Assembly (NCBI GenBank): GCA_050084515.1
Contig: CM114271.1
Coordinates: 43,214,001 to 43,278,000 of the forward strand
Origin: Blasia pusilla
Lineage: Eukaryota
Direction of reading: 5' to 3'
DNA: 64,000 nucleotides
In this document: positions 35,092-46,759 of the stretch, in pieces
Layout: the number at the start of each line of letters is the position of its first letter
How positions within the stretch are numbered: the first letter of the stretch is position 1
The notes under the pieces: model-generated
The model's database searches: none
Told to the model about the DNA's origin: nothing
Seen by the model: the letters and a program-made list of their open reading frames with translations, nothing else
Position numbers and translations under genes: made by a program

Positions 35092-35821
35092 TTTAAGAGA
35101 GGAATTTTTTTAAATTTTACTCTTAAATTAAAAAAAAATTGAAGCAAGCACAAAATCACAAGATGATAAGAAAAATAAAGTAATTTGCTCTTGCCACAAT
35201 ACAAAGAGACCGAATAAGAGAGATTTTTGTCTTAGATGCACCTTAGTTACATAATGGTTATTGAGATAACCTACATTTCTACAAGCTCCCTAAAACTTAC
35301 TTTTTAAAGGGAGTTGGATTGGGCCCTTGGAGAACTTATTCTAATTTTTCCTCTAGATTGTTTGCTAAAAGTAGAACCCTTCTACCATATTGTGTATCTA
35401 AGGTAGAGAAGATCTCCTTTTCCTAAAATATTCTATTATTCTCTTAGGGTATGAGAATCCTCTTCTAGTTGAGACTACAACTATCCTTCTAATTAAATTT
35501 TCTTTCCTTTGTAGCATAAATCAATTGAGGCTCCAATATTCTATGATGGACATTCATTTTCAAGTCTCTTAGAGACGCTTTTGTCATGGTAGATGCGACG
35601 TAGGGCAAGATAGTATTTAGGCCTTAGAGGGTTCTTGTAATTCCCTATTTTGAGAGGTAATATGTGACTTGCTCGTAGGAGATAGTGTACGAGTGTAGGT
35701 CACCCTTCCTTTATGAGGAGTGGCAACCTTGGATTAGTTGACCTTCCCATCTTTTGTGTGGAGCTACTTGAGCCTATATGGTCAAGGGTTAGTTGGTAGT
35801 TCACAGGTAGTCGGTCTTATG

Positions 35822-35949
35822 TGTCGTGCGCATACACATCGCTACACAACATACATCGCTGTCACCGAACACACACACAAACACGCATGATCCCATGCTA
35901 ACTCATGGCATCCAAACAACGAGACAAGAAGAACCAAAATATCTCCAAT
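35822..35949. repeat. Split direct repeat A, terminal copy (128 bp)
   Basis: Matches 36466-36593 with 1 mismatch seen (GAACC/GAACA). Confidence 0.95.
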
Positions 35950-36463
35950 TAAAGTAAGATCCAATCTCTCTCTCCACCATCTCACACCATAGCTCTCAAA
36001 GGTGTGCACTCTCTCTCATGTCAAACCAAACCCACTCTCCTAATGAGAGGCTTGGGTTACACTCACAAGGCAAGGTACCATAGCTCCGCCGCCTCATGCC
36101 AAGAGGTTCAACAAAGAGAGAATGAGCTCTCAAGCTCTCTCTCCTTGAGGTATACCCCTCTCCTCTCCCAAGCTCTCTCCATGGTAACCTATTCTCCCAA
36201 GTCATCTCCTTGGCTCTTGACCTGATGTCGGAGGTCAAGGGCCACTTACCAAAAATAGTAAGTCGATCATATACTCAAAATGGTACTTACCTAAAATAGC
36301 AAGTTCCTCAATATGGCTCCAAATGAGCCGAAACGAAGGGGAAACCTGCTATCTCAGGTTTCCAAGGGCCTCAACAGGTCATCCTCGACCTATTGGGCGT
36401 GTCCTCCACTACTCATGAAGGCGCTCTATTAGATCCCACCGATCTATCCTAAAAGACGTGACA
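35950..36463. repeat. Split direct repeat B, internal copy (514 bp)
   Basis: Matches 45773-46286 with about 5 transition mismatches by eye. Confidence 0.95.
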
Positions 36464-36465
36464 GT

Positions 36466-36593
36466 TGTCGTGCGCATACACATCGCTACACAACATACAT
36501 CGCTGTCACCGAACACACACACAAACACGCATGATCCCATGCTAACTCATGGCATCCAAACAACGAGACAAGAAGAACAAAAATATCTCCAAT
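36466..36593. repeat. Split direct repeat A, internal copy (128 bp)
   Basis: Separated from the end of B (..GTGACA, 36463) by GT. On the element strand it is preceded by PPT-like AGGGGGGCG (36594-36602). Confidence 0.95.
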
Positions 36594-36773
36594 CGCCCCC
36601 CTAGCTGGTGGTTAGGTCCCTCTAACTCCAGATAGCCATCTATCCCTACCTACCATGACATACATCTCTCGGACGCTAAGAGCAAGAAGGCCGGGTGCTC
36701 ATGTGGCCCCGTCATTAGTCGCCTCCTTGTCATCCATGTCATAGACACAAGTCGGAATGTAGAACTACCTTCT

Positions 36774-38040
36774 CTATGTACATCTGGGACACATCCATCG
36801 TCCCTGAGGAACCCTAGTGAGAGGTGGCGTCAAACATGCCTTATGCCATCCTCTCGAACACCCATCATAGACTAGCATCGTGGCCGCACCACGGGCAGAA
36901 CCACACAACATATAACGCAAGCCTGCAGGAACTACTACTAAGCTCGGATCTACTGTACCATCAATGTTAGGAAAGTGACATGGCGCACAATTACGCACAT
37001 GGTCCTTCCATACCATACCATCGCGTCCCTCCAGCAAGAGAACACCCGATGGCAAAATGTCACGCATTCTCAAGATAGTGCGCCCTGCAGTCACATCCAA
37101 CGTCGTTGGTGCCGTCTGCTGCAAATAGACATAATCTCCCTGATGAAACCTCCGGATAGTTGGTCGATAACCACCACCTCGAATAGTCGCATACCACACG
37201 TATCTCGATGTTGTGCAATCGCCAAGTTCTCGAACGCCATGGGCATCACTTTCCGAAATAACTCAGCCCTCTGAGAACATGCTCGCACCCATACATTTGG
37301 GTCATCAAGGTTCAGCACCTCACCAGCATCTCGACGAATGGCCGCAGGTAAATATGGCTCTCGGCCATAAAGTAGCAAGTACAGTGAAAAAGACGCTAAG
37401 GATGCCTGCCTGCTGAATCTGTATCCCATCGCCAACCATGGCAATTGGAGGTCCCAATCTCCTAGGTGACCTCTCTGCAAGCCATACTTGCGTAAACCCC
37501 TCTTCACCGTCTGCACAACTCTCTCCGCTAATCCATCCGCCTCACGATGATCTCGCAAAGTCGTGCGGTGGTCGATCAGCGCCTGATCACACAAGGCCTG
37601 GAACTCACAGCGAAACTCGGTACCGTGGTCTGTCAACACCTCAGCTGGTGCGCCATAATGACTCAGCACTCTGTCAAGGAAGGCATAAGCTACTCCCTCA
37701 CTTGCTTTGTCAGGCAAAGCAACCAACTTGATCCACTTCGAGAAGTGCTCGACCATCACCAACACATAACGACTGTGACGCTCCGTCAAGGGCAAAGGTC
37801 TTGCAAAATCCAAACTCCATCTATACCCTAAGCCCATGATCGGTAATGGATGCAACTGTGGAGTCGGAGCATTGAACGATGCTCGGACCCGATCACACAC
37901 CATGCACTGGCAACAAATTCTTCGAACGTCGGTCTGCATGCCTCGCCACCAATATCTGAATCTGGAGCAAGCTATCGTCCGCTTCACCCCAAAGTGACCC
38001 AACTCCTCGTGGGCATCTTTGCACTAGTCGTGCTCTGCAA
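36774..38040 (-). pseudogene. Integrase (HHCC + DDE core) with C-terminal PHD finger, frameshifted
   Basis: AHEELGHFGVKRT..CMVC, RWSLDF..VEHFSKW, VLTDHGTEF, GLAERVVQTVK. PHD at about 36777-36914 reads YMLCGS..MLVYDGCSRGWHKACLTPPLTRVPQGRWMCPRC. Confidence 0.93.
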
Positions 38041-38359
38041 AGGATGCGGCACTCACGCGTACTCTGCCATCCTCCCAAACCCTCAAAACATGTGTCCCCT
38101 CCCAACGGAACGTCGGCCCCCATTTGTAGGATCCGATCCGCTCTCTAGCATCCATGGTGCTCGCAAGGCTACCAGTACGAAGGTACTCTAAGACTACTCC
38201 ATCATCATGAATATCTCGGCCACTTGTCGTGTCCTCACTGGCCTCGGGATCCAAAGACTCTCCACTAGACCTCGCCATCGAAGTCTCCACACTCTGGCTC
38301 TCCATAGCCAACATGCCTAAATAGGCTGACGCGTGCCATCCAAGCACCCCAAGCACCAA

Positions 38360-39750
38360 CTCCTCATCACTCTCTCCATGCCATCGAGCTCCAATCGCAT
38401 CTCGCTGACTCGGGCATGGGTTACGACTCAACCCATCGCATCCTGGTTGAGCGTTCAGTCTATGTACCACCTGAAAATCATACTCTGCAACAACAGAGCC
38501 CATCTCTTAAGCTTCCTGTAAGCTTGTCGGACTCCATCAACCGCCGGTGGTTGATGATCGATGATGATGGTAAAGGGGTTGCCGAATAAGTAACACCTGA
38601 AATGCGCGGCGGCCCACACCACGACCAAGCACTCACCCTCATACGAGCTGTATCGCCTCTCTGGCGTTGTTCGAGCGGCTAGCGTAAGCCACCACAAACT
38701 CTCTACCCTCATCATCATGCTGGGTGAGCACCGCTCCAAGCCCCAACATGCTCCAATCTGTGTGCAACTGGAAAGGACGCCCCCTGATCGGTCTCCTCAA
38801 GATGGGTGCGGACGTCAACCTTTCCTTGAGCAACTGAAATGCTCGCTCCTGCTCATCCCCCCAGTGCCACTCGTGATCCACCTTGGTGAGCAAGGTCAGC
38901 GGCTTCGCAATCGAACTGAATCCCTTGATGTATCGCCGATAGAAGTTCGCCAATCCCATGAATGCGCGAACACGGCTCACATCTGTAGGGCGTGGAATGC
39001 GTGAGATAGCCTCTACCTTTGTCTGTTGAACACCAAGGCCCCCTGGGTATATCGTATGATCCAAGTACTCAATCTGGTCGTAGAAGAACTTGCACTTGCC
39101 TGGATGTAGCTTCAGCCCATGTAATTGCAATCGTCGAAACACCTCCCCTAGATGTTGCTCATGCTCCTCAACCGTGGCGCTAAAGACTACGATGTCATCA
39201 ATATAACACCTAGCAAAATCCAGACCAGCCAAGATCCTATCCATGATCTCTGAAACTCATCCGAGCGTTCTTTAACCCAAATGGTATAAGAACCGCCATT
39301 GGTACAAACAATCCTTCCGTGAGGATCGATGCCCCAAAATGCCGTCTTCGCTGTCCTCCAATCGATAGGCGGTGATGGTATCTAGCTCATAAATCAATGA
39401 ATCAAGACCTTTGCGTGACCAATCACATCAAAGATCTCCTCGAGGGTGGGCATGGCATACCTATCGGACTTCATCTGCGCGATTGATAGGTCGGTAATCC
39501 CCACACATCCGCCTATCCGTCCAGTTGCCATGCACATCCTTCTTGGCGGGCATGACAGTGGCACATCCATACTCCCCATGCGACATCTCCACTAGTCCTA
39601 CTTTGACCAAGTCTTGGCTCCTACTCTGAATCAGAGCCCTCTCCATATCATCTTTGTACTGCCGCCGGAAGATCGGCATATCACTCGACAACTCAATGCG
39701 GATCCCGGTCCCTTCACCGTACCCAAATCCTCCATGCTAAACGCAGCGGC
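38360..39750 (-). pseudogene. Reverse transcriptase + RNase H (Ty3/Gypsy-like), frameshifted
   Basis: RRMCGDYRPIN, DRYAMPTLEEIFD, CYIDDIVVFS, LKLHPGKCKF. RNase H motifs LHTDWSMLGLGAVLTQ, YSSYEGECL, DHQP, DGLSR. Confidence 0.95.
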
Positions 39751-40122
39751 TCCTATAACTCTTGAGGAACGATGTATCGGCGCCGCTCTCCTCTGTCAAC
39801 TTAGGGCCCATATCGGCTCCCAAGTCTCCATCGTGACTACGGTAGGACTCTCGCGCGGGTATCGGTGGTTGCTATGGTGCAACCCGTCTCGAACAACAAC
39901 ACTCAACCGCTCTCCAGAGCCAGCGCAAACTCGATCTCATCCACGTGCAGTGCCCGAAACCACGCTCGATGCTGTGGCTATCATCTCCTTGCGTACCTTC
40001 AAAACATCCCAAGAAGTCCAAGGGTGTCTCTCCCGATCTCCCCTGGTGCGTAGATCTCCTCGGGTCTCACCCCCAGCCATTGCCTCCACCGTCTCGGCAG
40101 GCATGGGGCTCACCAACGCAAC

Positions 40123-40157
<35 letters not shown>

Positions 40158-40329
40158 TCTGGGCACGGGGATTGGTCGGGACGCCATGCTTCCATACCAA
40201 GGTTAGCACGGTTGATAATATCAGCCCAAGTGTTAATTACACGACCTGCCGCAAAATCTGGAGTTCTTAGACATTTGGGACAGAGGAAACGCGCTGTGAT
40301 CTGTCGCGATCTCATACGACGCTGCTCAG

Positions 40330-41300
40330 CCACTCCCAAGCTGAGGATCCATGTCAAGCAGTTCAGGTCCATCGCCTGACCCAAGACATGGCGTCGTGAT
40401 GCCTCGACATCGATGGTACCGCTGCCGTCACTCTGTGGGAAATCCCATCGCCGCTCTCTCTCGTCGGCGTTGGGCTCCACCAACCGCTGAACCTGGTCAT
40501 CCCAAACCAAGCCAAGACCGGCCTCCTTGTATGCATAGGAAGCGGAAAACTCACAACGTGGGCAAGGTGCCCGCGCGCCTGCCTACCCTGTTGACGATCG
40601 GCGGTGGTCGATCATCGTGCCTCATCGCCTTTGTGATCGGCGACTGGATCGAGAATGGAATCCACTAACAAAGGGAGGGGCGCTCCACTCTGCGGAGATA
40701 CGCCCTCCATAACACCGCATGGGGCACCAAGTTGGTTCACCATAGACGCGGGCGATGGGCTCTAGAACCTACACTCGCCGCATCCAAGAACACTGCTGGG
40801 CCGATCCAGGCACGCACCTGATGAGCACTCGTCACGACCCGTGACCTGGAGTCTCCTAAGATCGGCACATTCTCTAGAATGTAGGCTGGAGAATGAGATG
40901 GTGCTCTGCAAGAATCGCCGTAAGACCCTCAACATCTCCCAAAACAACCTGGACCGAGTGTCAGCCAACCCGCTGCCTTGTCCAGCACTCGATTGGCCTT
41001 GACATGGCCAACCGGCAATGACCAAATCAATGGTCCCTACCCGCTCTAAGTCTTGCGCCCCCAACAACAAAATATCCCTCGGTAGGGAACTCACGGTACC
41101 CTCAGATCGCGGAGGCCTTGCACAATAAGTCGGGAAAACGTAGGCGTAATTGCGCCACATGTCGTAGTGAGAGCGCCTCGCAACATCATCACTCTCCACA
41201 TACAATCTTCTTTGTACTCGCACTCCTTCTGCAAAATAAACAACTAACCCGGTGCTAATCCCTCCAAAGAGATCTAACACTCAAATACCCTCCTCCGGGT
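40330..41300 (-). pseudogene. DNMT3-like C5 DNA cytosine methyltransferase domain within pol
   Basis: Motif I VLDLFGGISTG; motif IV IDLVIAGWPCQ (PCQ at 40999-41007); motif VI AYILENV (ENV at 40866-40874, shifted frame); motif VIII GSRAHRPRLW*TN; motifs IX/X EPNADERER..FP..SRRHVLGQAMD. Confidence 0.92.
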
Positions 41301-41714
41301 ACACCACACAATGGGTGTAGTATCCAAGGGTGTCATCGTAGCACTCCCGCTACCTCGGGCTCCTCAGACCGTCACGCTCTGGGTGCAACGCCTCGCTCCA
41401 CGCGGATGCACGTCGTGCGATCGCCAATCGTTGAAGCTCCTCGGCCGAGCCCCACGGCACCTCTCCTCCACGGAATGATGCAGCTACCATAAAACTCCTC
41501 TCCATAGAAATGTCAGGAACGGGAGTATCCTCTGCATGGACATGTCCCTCAATCAAATCACTAGGCCAAGTGATGGCACTACTAAATGCTGCTAAGGTCG
41601 CCATCTCTCCTGGCCGTTGCTCGATCACTGCACATGTGAATCGAACGGGTAATGAGCTAAGGCGCCCATCACCTGACTGCCATCCTGGTCTTTAGGATCG
41701 ACTCCTCCCGATAA

Positions 41715-42100
41715 TCAGGAAAACCCCATCGGGTATAACATTGCTCCACCAACCAAGACGTCGTAGGACTCAGCATCAGTCACTATCGCCTTAGCGCGCA
41801 CCACGGACTCATCTCTAGGATGTCCCGGGCGAATCCTCACCACGACCTCCTGTCGGATGATATACTGTGTGGTACTCGCTCCACCCAAGGATGTCTGTAT
41901 CCGAAATGGACAACACTCCACATCGGCTCTCGTCAAGCCCAATCCTCTGAATGACGCTTTCCCCAACATCAAGGGTTGCGCTCCTGAATCCAACAAGACG
42001 CGCTGCGGACTAAAAGCTCTACCTCCAGGACTCACCAACTGGAAGACCTCTCCTCGGTTATCCAGCAACACAACACCAGGAGAAGCCATGGCACGCTCTA
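41715..42100 (-). pseudogene. Retropepsin-like aspartic protease domain
   Basis: RVLLDSGAQPLMLG (DSG catalytic motif) ... YDVLVGGAML. Confidence 0.85.
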
Positions 42101-42899
42101 TCGCGGGTCTAGCGGGCATCTCCGCCATCCTAGCGCCGCGAACTGCCATGAATCTGGCGTGGGCGGCCCGAGCATCCGCTCCAGGGCAGTCCATCACCTC
42201 CTCTGCAATCACCTCTGAACGTGATGCAGGAACTCCAACTCCGCGCTCACATAGTGAAGCGGCCAGCCGAAAAGCCTCGGCGGGCGTACCTCCCAACGTC
42301 ACAACATCGAAAGCAGAGAATAAAGGAGTGCGGTACACAACGGTGGCCGCCCCCAACAACGTGCTCGACACATGCCCCTCCCGAGCATCAACAATAGGAG
42401 TCGCCTTTTCGCTTCTCCCATCGCCCTCCATGCTTGCACACCAACAACATTACCAACTCTCCAGGAACTTTGATGAGGACCCATCGATGGGGTCCTCATC
42501 GCTTCGGACAACGTGAAAGATTGAGGAAGCCTAGTCTCTCTACTGGCTTCCCCTCGCTGTGGATCCAACTCTACGGCTGCTCCACGCGTCACAACTGCGG
42601 CGGCCTCCATCTGGGCAACCCCGCACATCCATCCAGGATCCTCGGATCTCTGGCTGCTCCATATGATGTCGATGCCACGGATCCGGCATCGGGTAACCTC
42701 AATGCCATAGCAAACAATCTGCTCTTGTAGTCATTTGTCGATCGGCGACCATCCCAGCCTCACGTCCGGCATCTCCCTCGGCGCGTCTAGGTGGTGGTAC
42801 TCTACCTCCTCCACGGGCAGCTCCACCACCCTATCGGGCAACTCCAGCTCCTCGTCCCCCAACGGGACCACCGAGCACGATCTCTAGGCCCACCGGACC

Positions 42900-44250
42900 G
42901 GCTACTCGCTCGAGTGCCCTCTCGGCCCTCGGTCCAGGCGTAACTCAGGATGTAAACTAAAACACTGGCGCGTGTATGACCATACCTCGACAATAGTCAC
43001 ACCGATAATCTCCTGGTGCAAAGACCATCTCCTCCTCCATGCCGAGGCACACGTCCATGACCCCGGCGAGTGCAATCGCGATGATGGGCTCCACCACATG
43101 ACCAACAAGTAATAGTAGGCGGCTGCTGGCGAGCCGCATATGAAGGCGCAGTCTCGGGCACGGCCTCTCGGTATCCTCCCGAGCTCGTGGTGCCCGATCG
43201 ACCTATCTCGAGTCACGTTCTTTGCACAAGTGGTGCAGACAATCGTGACTGCTCTCGCCCAGAACCCATGGTGGCTACGCTCTCCTCCGCCATGTTGCGC
43301 TCAATGTTCTCGGCGGTCCTAAAAACATCTCTCAACGTAGGGGAGGTGTTCATAAGAAGCACCCCCTCCCGCACCCGTGTCCGCAGGGTCCGGTCCAGCA
43401 TCCCATACCATGACTGGATAGCCTGAGCCTCTATCACCCCCTAAGTGACGTTGATCAACCGGCGCAAGCCAGTGTAAGCCTCACGCAAACTCTCACCCGA
43501 GCGCCTCTGGAAGTCGTGGATGCTCCGCAACTTCTCCGTCCGTACCCCCTAGTAGCTCGCCTCAACTCAAAGAAAGAACTCAACCACGAGGGGTTGAACA
43601 CTGGGACGAACCCGACTGGATAGTGCAACTGCTCCCGTGCGAGTGACCCCTCCTAAAACGTCACTAGTGGAAGAGGCAGTAGCCTCTCCTGACTCCTCCT
43701 CCTCATCTGGGAACGGCTCCGTCCATGACACATAGTGTGGGTCATAGTAGAGCCTCCACGCCTCGATCTCACATGCATATCTCTGAGAGAACTCATGGTA
43801 ATCGTCCATGGGCGCCCCCTCTAAATGCTGGAACATACTCTTCCACGCTGTAAACGGGTTGAACTCTCTAGAGTTCCTGGCCTGCTGGGAGTCGCACCAA
43901 CTCCTAAACTCTGCTATAAAATCGTGCCTACTGCACCTGAAAACCTACGCGGTACTCTACCCCGGTCGTCCATCTCGTACGCCCAACTGGTAGGACCACT
44001 CACAATGTGTGGCGATGTGCTCACAAACTCCTCTACACCCTCCCCCTCATCTGACGATGACACAGAAGGAGGTCGAGGTGGTCCCTCACGTGGAGACCCT
44101 CGAAACCTCGCGCCACTCTGCGTAAAACCTCTAGAGCTACTCTCGGGTTCACCACCTCGCCTCTCAAAGTCCCGAACAGACTCCGTGATGACCCTCGTGC
44201 CCCTCTCACCCGATCACTCTGAACCTCATGAGGAATCCCTCAATCACTCA
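42900..44250 (-). pseudogene. Gag-like region with zinc-knuckle remnants
   Basis: Fragments MFQHLEGAPMDDY.. and AIQSWYGMLDRTLRTRVREG; C-terminal CWSCGGAHHRDC and CDYC..YGH knuckle-like motifs. Lies upstream of the protease. Confidence 0.7.
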
Positions 44251-45772
44251 TCCCAAACATGCGGCACTCGATCTACACTCTCTCTCCCCGAGACGTGTAA
44301 CGTGCGGCAACACGCGGCGTGGTGCGGCAAATCGACCAGGCTATCATCTCATCGATAACCTACCCTCAACTCCGGACATCCCACACAGGTCTATGTCCCC
44401 TAAACCACATACATAAATGATGCTCTCAGCATCCACACACCCAATATCCCCAAATAAATCCCCTTAATCCCTCACGTGCGAGGGTAAAGGACCAGAATGG
44501 GTAACTTGAACACATGTCGATGTCGCTCCTCAGCAACTGCAAATCTCGACCCCAACTCGATCGTGGAGATAACTCCTCCAATCAGCAAGTCATACTCCTC
44601 CCGTACTGATGGTGCTCAAAACTCCTCGATAGACAGTGCGGTCCCAGCGGAACGGTGCGGCGTTGCGCGCATTTTAAGGCGATTCTGAACGGCACGGCCC
44701 TCGATGGTGGGATGCGGCACTCGGCGGCACACCCTCCTCAATCAATAATAATCCCACACTCTGCTCCACAATGACGGTGCGGCTCCGCAATTGAGATGGT
44801 GCGGTGCGGCCACGAGCGGCACGGCGCGGCAATCGGCGGCGCGTTGCGGCTACGGGCGTCACGGCACGATACTCGATCGTCGTCGAGCGGCTACCAATCA
44901 CAACATAGCAGCATGAAATCAAAACTCAAACACCATAACCGGAGGTCATCTGCCTTCACTGGTTGATGAAGAAACTGCGATGACGGTGGCGGCCAAAACA
45001 AAGTACGTGGTGGCGACGCAAGTCAAGGAATCCACAAACGTCATGGAAGACCCTCCACTCCGTAATGGCGGCAATGGCACCCAAAGGGTGGACAATGGAC
45101 GGTGGACCCTTGACAGTGACGGTTGACCGCTGATGGTGACGGCCGACCGATGACGGTGACGGTTGACCGTTGACGGTGACTATGATGGCGACGGCCGCCG
45201 CCGGTGTGGCGGCTGATTTAGGGTTTGCACGATTTAACCCTAAAAATCGCCTAGCAATGGCAGCTTTACAAGATTGCCCATAACTTTTTGCTCGCAACTC
45301 CAAATTGTGCACTGTTTGTTGCACACCGTGCACAGCTTCACAATCTACGCTACCATCAAAAAATATTTAGAATCAAACATTTCAGTAAAAACTGACGGGG
45401 ACTGTCGTAAAGCCCAATGTCTCTTTCTCCTACACAAAATTCGGCAGCGCTCCCGCGCTGATTTCTCCCAACGAAAATGTAACATCTGTAAAAATACAAA
45501 TCAGCAAGCTACATGGTGCTCCCGAGAGCACCAGCATGGGGCAACCCGCCCCCATACTCAATCCCTATCAGAAATTGGGCAGCGCTTCCGCACGTCACTC
45601 TTCCACACGAAAAATCGGCAAATGCAAAGAGTAATGAAAGCAGCCCTTGCTCCGGTGAGCACTCCCATGAGCCGCTGAACGGGGAACACGGTCCCCAACC
45701 TGCAAAAACAGCGAGTGACCAGCGAGCTCCCCCATGAAGCTCTCTCACTCTCTCATTCTCTCACTCTCTTTG

Positions 45773-46286
45773 TAAAGTAAGATCCAATCTCTCTCTCCAC
45801 CATCTCACACCATAGCTCTCAAAGGTGTGCACTCTCTCTCATGTCAAACCAAACCCACTCTCCTAATGAGAGGCTTGGGTTACACTCACAAGGCAAGGTA
45901 CCATAGCTCCGCCGCCTCATACCAAGAGGTTCAACAAAGAGAGAATGAGCTCTCAAGCTCTCTCTCCTTGAGGTATACCCCTCTCCTCTCCCAAGCTCTC
46001 TCCATGGTAACCTATTCTCCCAAGTCATCTCCTTGGCTCTTGACCTGATGTCGGAGGTCAAGGGCCACTTACCAAAAATAGTAAGTCGATCATATACTCA
46101 AAATGGTACTTACCTAAAATAGTAAGTTCCTCAATATGGCTCCAAATGAGCCGAAACGAAGGGGAAACCTGCTATCTCAGGTTTCCAAGGGCCTCAACAG
46201 GTCACCCTCGACCTACTGGGCGTGTCCTCCACTACTCATGAAGACGCTCTATTAGATCCCACCGATCTATCCTAAAAGACGTGACA
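45773..46286. repeat. Split direct repeat B, terminal copy (514 bp; element 5' end)
   Basis: Matches 35950-36463, ends ..AAGACGTGACA and is followed by the TSD TATG. Confidence 0.95.
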
Positions 46287-46759
46287 TATGAGAGGACCAC
46301 ATATATAATGGTTATGGAGTTAGTATCTTGTGTACTCTATGTCATTGATGACCTACTAGGAGGAAGTCCATGGAGGTGCCCAAGGGGGTATACCTTATGA
46401 AGCTCATTCAGAGCTCATCTTCCTTCGATCAGACCCATATTGGGATCTGTGATACAGTGCAGAGTGCATGTATTGAGTTTGGATTTTCTCTTGAAGAATG
46501 GGCTAGGATTGATCAGAGATCACAGACATTGACAATATATTGCAAAATTTCTCCTACTATTATCATAGTGTGTATTATTGAGTGGATGTTTGGAAGAAGC
46601 ATAGCTACTTGCACATTTCACATTCCATATCAACTTTATATTGGGGTTGTCGAGTCATTCATGTGTAGATGTGTTAGGATTCATAGTTAGATGGATCTTA
46701 CACAAGTGTGTATGATAGTCAATATATATTGGCAACGATGTCTTTTTTTACGACTCTTT

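Larger units (their letters stand above)
35822..46286 (-). mobile_element. Full-length Ty3/Gypsy-like (DDE-integrase) retroelement with split direct repeats; encodes Gag-PR-DNMT-RT-RH-IN-PHD
   Basis: Termini TGTCG.. and ..GTGACA; 4-bp TSD TATG (35818-35821, 46287-46290). Repeat A: 35822-35949 = 36466-36593. Repeat B: 35950-36463 = 45773-46286. Domains are listed separately; the coding region has frameshifts and stops. Confidence 0.95.

Noticed and set aside
35996-36238. Identical 80-aa ORFs at 35996-36238 and 45819-46061
   Set aside because: They lie inside repeat B, so the identity reflects the repeat. No recognisable protein.
35822-36463. Reading the element as a canonical two-LTR retrotransposon (A+B = 642-bp LTR)
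   Set aside because: The other end has only B, the second A lies next to the first block, and no PBS was found.
40762-41280. Bacterial restriction-modification methylase or host DRM/DNMT gene
   Set aside because: It is intronless, embedded between retroviral protease and RT inside a TSD-bounded element, and repeated in a second TE copy.
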